10,962 nt of DNA from the NCBI GenBank assembly GCA_964584035.1, contig CAZOYL010000090.1, positions 1 through 10,962 on the forward strand, in the 5' to 3' direction. Shown piece after piece: positions 1-6,645 of the stretch (the stretch's first letter is position 1; the number at the start of each line of letters is the position of its first letter). The position numbers were made by a program, and so were the translations under genes. The notes below the pieces were generated by a model. The model was not told the origin of the DNA. It did not search any database and was given only the letters and a program-made list of their open reading frames with translations. The stretch is from an uncultured Gemmatimonadota bacterium. GTDB taxonomy: Bacteria; SM23-81.

Positions 1-1809
1 CGTGCCGGTGCTCCTGATCCGCAGCGCCGCCGAGGAGTCATCCCCCACCGCCACCTGGCCGAAGTCCAGGCTGCCGGGAAAGACCTGAATGCCGGGAGCG
101 CTCACCGGGATGCCCTGGCCGAAAAGATAGACGATGGTCTGTCCCTTGGCGTTATGGATGATATTCAGGGTCTCTGAATAGTGCAGCGGCGCCGGCGGCC
201 GGAAGGTCACGTTGACATTGGTGCTCCCGGAGGGGGCCACCTTGAACGAAGTATCGGAGACGGTGAAGGCGGCATCGGAGGAATTGATATCGGTCACCCG
301 CAGGGTGTCGGTGCCGGTGTTCTTCACCTTGATGGCCTGGACAGAATCGGTGTTCACCGTCACCTGGCCGTACTGCAATGTATCGGGAGTCACGTCGATG
401 CCCGGAGCCCCGGTGGATGTGGTATAGCGCAGCCGGATGGCGATGTCGGTGCCGTTGCTGGCCCCCATCTCGAACCAGGTGCTGCCGAACTGACTGATAT
501 AGGTCTTGTTCGTCTCGATGGCGGCGGTGTCACAGCTGACCACCGGATATCCATAGGAGGAGTTGGTGAATGTGACCACCGCATAGACATCGTTTCCGGA
601 GGAGACCGACGGCGGCGAGCTGAAGGGCACCGAGTGATAGCCCACCTCGGCGAAGCTGGTGTCCGTATAACTGGCCAGCAGGCTGCTCAGGGACCCCCCG
701 CTGAAGGTATCGTAGAGATAGACGTCCACATCGGTGGTGATATCGTTGGTCCAGAATTCCACCCGGGTGGCCTGACAGGCGCTGCCGGGGACGAACTTGC
801 ACATGCCCCAGGCCGTGGTCGTGCCCCAGCCCCAGTTATTCGTCCAGCCGCCCTCATCGTAGTACAGGATGCCGCCGTTGGCGTCGTAATCCTGCCAGTC
901 GTAGATGAACGACGACCACTCGCCGATGCGGGCGTCGCCGTAGGCGATCTTAAAGTAGCCGCCCTCGCTGCCGTACCCGCAGGTGCCGCCCCAGGAGTTG
1001 CCCCAGCTGTTCTTGACGATCCAGGCCCCGGCCTTACCGTCCTTGGTGCGGGCGGTGTCGTCCCAGCCGACGATGCACACGGCATGATTGGGATCAATGC
1101 TGCCGGAATAGCTTAAGGTATAAGAGCCGTCATAGGAACCGAATTCCGTCCACCAGGAGTTGTCATTGCTATCGCCGGCATATATCAGGGTGTAAACTGG
1201 CCCATATGTATAGATGTAATTTTTTAGCACTGTGGTCGAGGGCACGCTGGCGCCGCAGATCCGGCGCCAGTCGAGAAGCGTCTTTTGATAGGGACAGGCG
1301 GAATTACAGGTCGCGTCCCAAGCCACATAGGGATCGCAGGATTCAAGAACTGTTCCCGATTTAGAGAACAGGTCGGCCAGATGCCAGTAGCTGCCGCCGT
1401 TGCAGCTGCGGTCCCAATAATTACACTCCTTGGCGTGGTTCTCCGAAAAATCATAGGTTCCCCCGCCATCGATGAGGATCTTGGACTCGAGATTGGCCAG
1501 GCTGGCGAAGGCGTAACAGGAACCGCAGGTATCCTGGTTTTTCACCGCGGTGACCTTGCCTGTGGTTCGCCAGTCGAACTGTGCCGGCGGGGGCATGAGG
1601 TCCTTGAACTGCTCGGGCATCTCCTGCCCGGTGATGTAGGACTGATCCACACACTGTGGAATACCGCCCATCCGGGGAGGCATTTCCCGCTCCGGGCATT
1701 CTATCTTCGGCGCCATCTGCGGCGGACCGGCCTCTTCTGCAAAAGAGGGCGCGACGGCCAGCAGCAGCAGGCAGCCGGCCATCAATAGAACGGACCCATG
1801 TTTTGTCAT
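1..1809 (-). CDS. Secreted papain-family (C1A) cysteine protease with a lectin-like domain and at least two Ig-like (choice-of-anchor D/ASH-type) repeats; 3' end lies beyond the left window edge
   Basis: Manual translation: ATG at 1809, GGAGG at 1820-1816, open for 603 codons to position 1. Signal peptide MTKHGSVLLMAGCLLLLAVAPSFA. C1A motifs: PAQFDWR, VKNQDTCGSCYAF (Gln92, catalytic Cys98), SCNGG, NHAVCIVGWDD (His242), WIVKNSWG (Asn267). Then a beta-rich domain resembling the Cwp84-type lectin-like domain (ILYYDEGG...GYHSVPFSSPPSV...YAVVTF) and repeats starting PGIDVTPDTLQYGQV (405) and PGIQVFPGSLDFGQV (96), a 103-aa period. Confidence 0.93.
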   Translation of the reverse strand, partial: MTKHGSVLLMAGCLLLLAVAPSFAEEAGPPQMAPKIECPEREMPPRMGGIPQCVDQSYITGQEMPEQFKDLMPPPAQFDWRTTGKVTAVKNQDTCGSCYAFASLANLESKILIDGGGTYDFSENHAKECNYWDRSCNGGSYWHLADLFSKSGTVLESCDPYVAWDATCNSACPYQKTLLDWRRICGASVPSTTVLKNYIYTYGPVYTLIYAGDSNDNSWWTEFGSYDGSYTLSYSGSIDPNHAVCIVGWDDTARTKDGKAGAWIVKNSWGNSWGGTCGYGSEGGYFKIAYGDARIGEWSSFIYDWQDYDANGGILYYDEGGWTNNWGWGTTTAWGMCKFVPGSACQATRVEFWTNDITTDVDVYLYDTFSGGSLSSLLASYTDTSFAEVGYHSVPFSSPPSVSSGNDVYAVVTFTNSSYGYPVVSCDTAAIETNKTYISQFGSTWFEMGASNGTDIAIRLRYTTSTGAPGIDVTPDTLQYGQVTVNTDSVQAIKVKNTGTDTLRVTDINSSDAAFTVSDTSFKVAPSGSTNVNVTFRPPAPLHYSETLNIIHNAKGQTIVYLFGQGIPVSAPGIQVFPGSLDFGQVAVGDDSSAALRIRSTGT

Positions 1810-1911
1810 CTTCTCCCTCCCGTGAAATGTTGACGACAAGGTGGTGACCTGTGGACGCCCAGATATGGTGGGGTCGCCCGGGGAAATGACCACATCTTCG
1901 GTTTTCGGCCA

Positions 1912-1940
1912 AATATGAGAGCTTTTTGGCTTTTTGTCAA
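1912..1940 (-). promoter_or_regulatory. Sigma70-type promoter for the protease gene
   Basis: Minus strand TTGACA (1940-1935), 17-nt spacer, CATATT (1917-1912), about 100 nt upstream of the ATG at 1809, in an AT-rich patch. Confidence 0.75.
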
Positions 1941-1942
1941 GA

Positions 1943-1962
1943 AATTTCTGATATCAGGAATT
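1943..1962. promoter_or_regulatory. 20-bp near-perfect palindrome beside the -35 box; candidate transcription-factor site
   Basis: AATTTCTGATATCAGGAATT: 9 of 10 symmetric positions pair, with a perfect CTGATATCAG core, 2 nt upstream of the -35 hexamer. Confidence 0.5.
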
Positions 1963-2036
1963 CGGGAGGCACAAACGAGGCAAACCGGGCGAAGACGCAG
2001 ATGCAAGCTGCGATCGCCGGCCGTAACATGGATATC

Positions 2037-3470
2037 CTACCACCGCAGCCAGGCTCGGGGATAGAAGACCACCAGCACCGGAATGATCTCCAGGCGGCCC
2101 ATCCACATGTTCAGGATCAGGATCAGCTTCGTCCCTAAAAACAGATGCGGCGAGGTGACGCCCGCCGAAAGGCCCACCGTGCCCATGGCCGAGGAGATCT
2201 CGAAGAGCGTATCGAGAAAGTTGAACCCCTCGATCCAGAGCACCACGATGGTCGACAAACCGAGCATGATCACATAGGCGCAGAGGAAGGCTGCCAGCAT
2301 TTTGATGTCTTCATCGGCCATCTTCATCCTGCCGACGGCCACGGGAAACCTGGCCTCCCGGGGCAGCAGAGCCTTGAGCACCAGCCAGCGCATCAGGGCC
2401 AGGACGGCCAGCAGGCGGAAGATCTTGATCCCCCCGGCGGTGGATCCGGCGGTCCCCCCGACGTTCATCAGCACGATGGTCAGGACCTTGCCGGTGGAAG
2501 ACAACGCGCTGCTGTCCATGATGTTATAACCGGACGTCGTCAGCGAGGTGACGGCCTGGAAGAGGGCCGGGACCGCTCGCGGCCGGGCCGGGCCGAGGAG
2601 TATGAAGAAAACAATCGCCGCGACCAGCAGGACAACCAGCAGACCCCGCAGCTGCAAATTGGTCCGCAGGCTTTTAACATTCCCCCTGGCCAGGCGATAA
2701 TACAGGGGGAAACTGATCGCCCCCAGGAGCATGAACAGGCACACCACCAGAGGAACGGCCGTTGGGCCGAAATGACCGATACTATCCGGATAATTGGAAA
2801 AACCACCGGTGGGCAAGGTGCTGAGAATGTGGATCAGGGCGTCGGACAGCCCCATTCCGGCCAGGATATAGGCCAGGAAGCCGACAGCGGTCAGGATCAG
2901 ATAGATTTTAGCGACGATGCGGGCGGTGCCGATGACGCTGCCCTTGATGTTCTCCTCGCCGAACTCGGTGGAGTAGAGCTGAAAGATGGCCTTCCCCGGC
3001 CTGAGCAGAAGAGCCAGGGAGAGGATGATGATACCCAAGCCCCCGATCCACTGGGAGAAGGATCGGAAAAAAAGCAGCGTCCGCGGCAGGGTGGCGACGT
3101 CCAGCACGGTCAGTCCGGTAGTGGTGAATCCCGACATGGCCTCGAAGAAGCCGTCGATAAACGGCGCCACGGGCAGAAAGGCACAGGCATTGACCAGGCC
3201 GAATAAAAGATAGGACAGGGCGGTGACCGCCAGGCCGTCCTTGAGCATCAGCTCCTTAGTTGATGATTCCCGCCTGCGATAGATCCCGAATCCCAATACC
3301 ATCAGAAAGACGCTGAGAGACCCGAAGATGGCCGTATAGCGGACCTCTCCAACCAGCAGCGAGTAGAGGGCCGGCACCAGATCGGTCAGTCCGATCAATC
3401 CGGCCCCCAGGACCAGATGAGTCAGGACCGTGTTTCGATTGACCGGCTGTATGTATTTTTCAAGCGGCAT
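2037..3470 (-). CDS. trkH: Trk-system potassium uptake membrane protein (TrkH family), about 477 aa
   Basis: Multiple hydrophobic helices with four pore-loop motifs (FEAMSGFTTTG, STLPTGGFS, VTSLTTSGY, SAMGTVGLS), QWIGGLGII, GGTAGSTAGGIKIFR and C-terminal GRLEI. Start placed at ATG 3470 (MPLEK), 17 nt after the trkA stop, rather than the overlapping 3506 call. Confidence 0.93.
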   Translation of the reverse strand: MPLEKYIQPVNRNTVLTHLVLGAGLIGLTDLVPALYSLLVGEVRYTAIFGSLSVFLMVLGFGIYRRRESSTKELMLKDGLAVTALSYLLFGLVNACAFLPVAPFIDGFFEAMSGFTTTGLTVLDVATLPRTLLFFRSFSQWIGGLGIIILSLALLLRPGKAIFQLYSTEFGEENIKGSVIGTARIVAKIYLILTAVGFLAYILAGMGLSDALIHILSTLPTGGFSNYPDSIGHFGPTAVPLVVCLFMLLGAISFPLYYRLARGNVKSLRTNLQLRGLLVVLLVAAIVFFILLGPARPRAVPALFQAVTSLTTSGYNIMDSSALSSTGKVLTIVLMNVGGTAGSTAGGIKIFRLLAVLALMRWLVLKALLPREARFPVAVGRMKMADEDIKMLAAFLCAYVIMLGLSTIVVLWIEGFNFLDTLFEISSAMGTVGLSAGVTSPHLFLGTKLILILNMWMGRLEIIPVLVVFYPRAWLRW

Positions 3471-3487
3471 GGTATAATTGGAGAAAC

Positions 3488-4144
3488 CTATTTTTCCTGT
3501 TCCCACAACTTTCGAACATCATTCAGCCTTTTCTCGTCCTCAGCGATGATCAGGAGCCGGTCATCCTCTAATATCCGGGTCTGGCCGGCCGGCACCACCA
3601 CGGCATCGCCCCGGAACACGGCGATGACCAGAGTGCCTTCAGCAAGTTTGATCTCCTCGAGACGCTGTCCTGCCATCCTGCCGGCCTGCAGCTCGACCAT
3701 CCGGACGCCGCCTTTGATGAGCAGCGAAAAGTCCAGCACGTTATACCCATAGAGCACGCTGATGATCTCGGCCACGGCCGAGATCTTGGGGGAGATGATG
3801 TGCGAGACACCGATCTCCTGGCAGGCGGTCCGCAGGCCGATCTCCTCGAGCTTGACGATAATGGTCGGCACTGAGAATTGTTTGCCCAGCATGGCCACTA
3901 CCGTGTTCAGGGCGTCCGAGTCGGTCGCGGCCACCAGCGCATCGGCTTTTTTCACATCGGCCTTCTTGAGCAGCTCCGGGGTGGTGCCGTCACCCTCCAG
4001 AACCAGGGCGTCCAGCTCCTCGGCCAGGGCTTTGCATTTTTCAGGATCGGCATCGATCAGCACCAGCTCCACGGCCTTTCTCTGAGACAACTCCCGGGCC
4101 AACTGACTGCCGACATGGCCCATTCCGACGATGATGACTCGCAT
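3488..4144 (-). CDS. trkA: Trk-system regulatory subunit with one RCK_N and one RCK_C domain, about 218 aa
   Basis: Rossmann start MRVIIVGMGHVG, LIDAD, GDGTTPELLKKADV, ATDSDALN and C-terminal AVFRG..VVPAGQTRILEDD. ATG at 4144 behind a purine-rich GGGGGACAGG; adjacent to trkH. Confidence 0.92.
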   Translation of the reverse strand: MRVIIVGMGHVGSQLARELSQRKAVELVLIDADPEKCKALAEELDALVLEGDGTTPELLKKADVKKADALVAATDSDALNTVVAMLGKQFSVPTIIVKLEEIGLRTACQEIGVSHIISPKISAVAEIISVLYGYNVLDFSLLIKGGVRMVELQAGRMAGQRLEEIKLAEGTLVIAVFRGDAVVVPAGQTRILEDDRLLIIAEDEKRLNDVRKLWEQEK

Positions 4145-4174
4145 ACCTGTCCCCCGTTCAAGAACAAATCGTGA

Positions 4175-4186
4175 TGGAACGTTCCA
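4175..4186. promoter_or_regulatory. Perfect 12-bp palindrome in the GNAT-trkA spacer; possible operator
   Basis: TGGAACGTTCCA with a central CG, resembling LacI-family operator geometry. A palindrome this short can arise by chance in 11 kb. Confidence 0.25.
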
Positions 4187-4193
4187 AGCTCGA

Positions 4194-4739
4194 TCAGGCG
4201 CCATCGCTGGATGAGCGGATCCATTCATCCTCCAGCATGCTCATGGTATAGACCGACCAGTATTCCCCGCCGATCAGGTGGACGTCCCGCTGCAGACCCT
4301 CCTGCTGAAAGCCCGCCTTCAGGTAACACCGGATAGCCGCCCGGTTGAAGTCGTAAACCCGCAGGGCCACCCGATGAAGCTTCAATTCCCCGAAGCAGAT
4401 CCGAACCAGCCCCCGGAGGAGCTGCTCCCCCGCCCCGCGGCCCCTGGCCTGCGGCTTTCCCACCAGGATGCGCCCCAGCGTCGCGGAGCGGTTGTCAGGG
4501 TCAATGGCCAGGATCTCCCCGTGACCGACCGCCTCCCCGGTGTCCTCATCCACAGCACTGTAGATCAAACGGTCCGGAGGTCTCTCCATGGATTTGGCCA
4601 GATGGAACAGCAGCTGCTCGCGATTCAGGGGGAATCTGAAACCGGTGCCGCCCCACTGAAGAAGAAATTCGGGCGTTGGGATCCAGCCGATCAGGCGGTC
4701 GATATCGGCCTCGGTGAAGGGCTGCAATTGGACCTTCAT
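4194..4739 (-). CDS. GNAT acetyltransferase, RimJ/RimL-like, about 181 aa
   Basis: Acetyl-CoA motif ARGRGAGEQLL, LHRVALRVYDFNRAAIRCYLKAGFQQEG and C-terminal MSMLEDEW. ATG at 4739 with AGGAG RBS. The 4820 start in the ORF track is the TTG of the -35 box. Confidence 0.9.
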   Translation of the reverse strand: MKVQLQPFTEADIDRLIGWIPTPEFLLQWGGTGFRFPLNREQLLFHLAKSMERPPDRLIYSAVDEDTGEAVGHGEILAIDPDNRSATLGRILVGKPQARGRGAGEQLLRGLVRICFGELKLHRVALRVYDFNRAAIRCYLKAGFQQEGLQRDVHLIGGEYWSVYTMSMLEDEWIRSSSDGA

Positions 4740-4791
4740 GTTCGCTCCTATGAAATCGCCATACAGAATAGCTCCTTTACGCCTCGGCTCC

Positions 4792-4820
4792 AATATGACC
4801 GGGTTCGATAGAGGTGTCAA
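4792..4820 (-). promoter_or_regulatory. Sigma70-type promoter for GNAT-trkA-trkH
   Basis: Minus strand TTGACA (4820-4815), 17-nt spacer, CATATT (4797-4792), preceded by an A-tract (UP-element-like). Same hexamers and spacing as the promoter at 1912-1940. Confidence 0.75.
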
Positions 4821-4879
4821 GGGATTTTTTCAGCAGGAGAAGTGCGGCTGAAAGAGTGGATTCGGACACAAACGGGGGG

Positions 4880-4963
4880 CAATCAATGGCAGACAATCGG
4901 CGCTCGGCAGTCAGCATTCGCCAGTCAACGGACAGAAGGAAGCAGTCGGAAGCCGACGCTCAG
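4880..4963. repeat. Degenerate tandem heptamer array, about 12 units, consensus CAGTC(A/G)G
   Basis: In-phase units from 4880: CAATCAA TGGCAGA CAATCGG CGCTCGG CAGTCAG CATTCGC CAGTCAA CGGACAG AAGGAAG CAGTCGG AAGCCGA CGCTCAG. Confidence 0.7.
4934..4960 (-). terminator. Possible weak terminator hairpin after metF
   Basis: Minus strand AGC-GTCGG-CTT-CCGAC-T-GCT (8 bp, one bulge) followed by TCCTTCT, about 26 nt after the metF stop. No true U-tract. Confidence 0.2.
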
Positions 4964-4986
4964 TGGAGAAGGCAAACCGCAGGGCT

Positions 4987-5856
4987 CTAGACCACAAGCC
5001 CCTCCAGCATGGCGGCCACCTTGTGGTACCATCCGATGGTCATCAGGTGAACGCCGTCACACAGATCCCGGCATCCGGCGATCAGGTCCCGGGCGATGGC
5101 CAGGCTCTCGGCCTCCCGGTCGCCGGCCCTGTCCATGCGCTCCAGGAGCGCATCGGGCACATGAATACCGGGAATCTTCTCGTTCATGTAACGGCCCATG
5201 CGGGCGGATTTCAGGGGCACGATGCCGGCCAGGATCTTCACATCCAGATGCCGGATCCGTTCCATGAAAGCCGCCAGGATGGGCAGGTCGAACACAGCCT
5301 GGGTCTGGAAAAAACGCGCCCCGGCTCGCGCTTTTTTCTCCAGCTTGATGATCTCCAGCTCCGGGATCTCCGCCTGGGGATTGATCACCGCTCCCGGGAA
5401 AAAAACCGGCGTGCCCTTCAGGGGATTGCCGGCCAGGTCCTCGCCGGACATGAGTTGAGCGATGACGTGCAGCATCTGAACCGCGTCCAGATCGTAGACC
5501 GGTTTGGTCTCCTTGTGATCGCCCAGGCTCTGGTGGTCCCCCGAGATCACCAGGACGTTCTCGATGCCCAGCACGGCCGCGCCCAGCAGATCGCTCTGCA
5601 AGGCCAGGCGGTTCTTATCACGGGTGGTGACGTGGACGACCGGCTCTATACCGTTCTCCACCAGCAGCCGGGAGACGGCCAGGGAACTGATCCGCATCAC
5701 CGCGTGAGGGTTCTCGTTGATATTGATCGCCGTGACGTAAGGCCAAAGAGAACGGGCCACCTCGATCGTCTCAGCGATGTCGGTGCCCTTCGGGGGAACG
5801 ATCTCGGTGGTGACCGCAAATCGGTTGGCTTCAAGCTGGTCTCTGAGTTTGGACAT
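4987..5856 (-). CDS. metF: Methylenetetrahydrofolate reductase catalytic subunit, 289 aa
   Basis: TTEIVPPKG, VMRISSLA, TTRDKNRLALQSDLLGA, SGDHQSLGDH, KKARAGARFFQTQAVFD, GIVPLKS and CDGVHLM match the MetV-associated MetF type. Confidence 0.93.
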   Translation of the reverse strand: MSKLRDQLEANRFAVTTEIVPPKGTDIAETIEVARSLWPYVTAININENPHAVMRISSLAVSRLLVENGIEPVVHVTTRDKNRLALQSDLLGAAVLGIENVLVISGDHQSLGDHKETKPVYDLDAVQMLHVIAQLMSGEDLAGNPLKGTPVFFPGAVINPQAEIPELEIIKLEKKARAGARFFQTQAVFDLPILAAFMERIRHLDVKILAGIVPLKSARMGRYMNEKIPGIHVPDALLERMDRAGDREAESLAIARDLIAGCRDLCDGVHLMTIGWYHKVAAMLEGLVV

Positions 5857-5874
5857 ATCTGCTCTTTCGGTCTT

Positions 5875-6543
5875 CTATTTGGCGATTCCCTTCCGGGGGA
5901 GATCTAAGGTCAGCCTGCCTGGCTTGACCGTCCGTTGAAAATCCTTGGGCGGCTGGTATTCCAACAGCCGGTCGAGCTCGCCGCGTTCCTTCAGCCGCTG
6001 GTAGATCTCCACCCAGCAACATTCCCGTTCCGGATCCACTTCGCACTGGCCGTTCTTGGCGCCGCCGCAGGGGCCGTTCAGCAGACCCTTGGCGCACCGG
6101 GTGACCGGGCAGATGCCCCGGGTGAGATCCAGAATGCACTCACCGCACATGGAACAGCGCTCGTTGAACTGTCCGTGCCTCCGGATGTTGGCCAGAAACA
6201 GGGAGTCCAGTCCGGGATGGACCGTCTGATCAGTGATCTGGGCCACGGACTGCACACCCGCTCCGCAGGCCAGGATAAGCAAGCCGTCGGCCTCGGCGAT
6301 GCGATCGGCCAGCTCATTGAAGACATTGCGCACCTTGAGGGTATGACAGGCCACATCGATCACGGTGGTGCCCACCACCCTTTTACCGTGAGCGGCGAGT
6401 TTTTCCTCCATGGCCCACACCTCTTCCTCTCCTCCGGTATGGCAGATGGTGGCGCAATCCCCGCAGCCGACGATGAAGATGTTCTTCTCGCCCTCCAGAG
6501 ATTTCAAGATCTCCTCAAACGGTTTTTGTTTCGTCGCAATCAT
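5875..6543 (-). CDS. metV: Methylene-THF reductase Fe-S/Zn small subunit, about 222 aa
   Basis: MIATKQKPFEEI start, GCGDCATICHTGG, ACGAGVQ, CSMCGEC..GICPVTRCAKGLLNGPCGG..CEV..CCW..IYQRL; 18 nt upstream of metF. Start placed at ATG 6543. Confidence 0.9.
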   Translation of the reverse strand: MIATKQKPFEEILKSLEGEKNIFIVGCGDCATICHTGGEEEVWAMEEKLAAHGKRVVGTTVIDVACHTLKVRNVFNELADRIAEADGLLILACGAGVQSVAQITDQTVHPGLDSLFLANIRRHGQFNERCSMCGECILDLTRGICPVTRCAKGLLNGPCGGAKNGQCEVDPERECCWVEIYQRLKERGELDRLLEYQPPKDFQRTVKPGRLTLDLPRKGIAK

Positions 6544-6645
6544 GATTTCAATCCTATATCTTTTCACCGGCCAGGTTCAGCTAAAACATTTCCTTTGCTG
6601 ACAGCTCTTTTCTGTTTTCTTAGAAAGAGGGGGCACGGGAGGGCA

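Noticed and set aside
1821..1905. Protease 5' leader with a 9-bp stem (AGATGTGGT/ACCATATCT) as a structured regulatory RNA
   Set aside because: A single stem with no recognisable aptamer or terminator; not distinguishable from chance without covariation data.
1978..2036. GGCAAACC...GAA.GACGCA resembles the start of a c-di-GMP-I riboswitch
   Set aside because: The 3' strand of the P2 stem between the loop and GACGCA is missing, no convincing P3 follows, and it faces the 3' end of trkH with no downstream plus-strand gene.
4895..4935. Minus-strand TGACTGGCGAA resembles the ZMP/ZTP riboswitch 5' motif, near a folate gene
   Set aside because: No GTGG..CCAC hairpin, GGGGAGC or 3' CGCCTGGGC partner; it lies downstream of metF, upstream of the next promoter, and is explained by the heptamer array.
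4842..5267. 141-aa plus-strand ORF crossing the heptamer array
   Set aside because: Two-thirds is antisense to metF, the composition is low-complexity, and no domain is recognisable.
6544..6645. AT-rich leader of metV with weak hairpins (e.g. TCAGC...GCTGA at 6577-6601) as a SAM or THF riboswitch
   Set aside because: No SAM-I or THF consensus recognisable and the stems are weak. An Rfam/Infernal scan would settle it.
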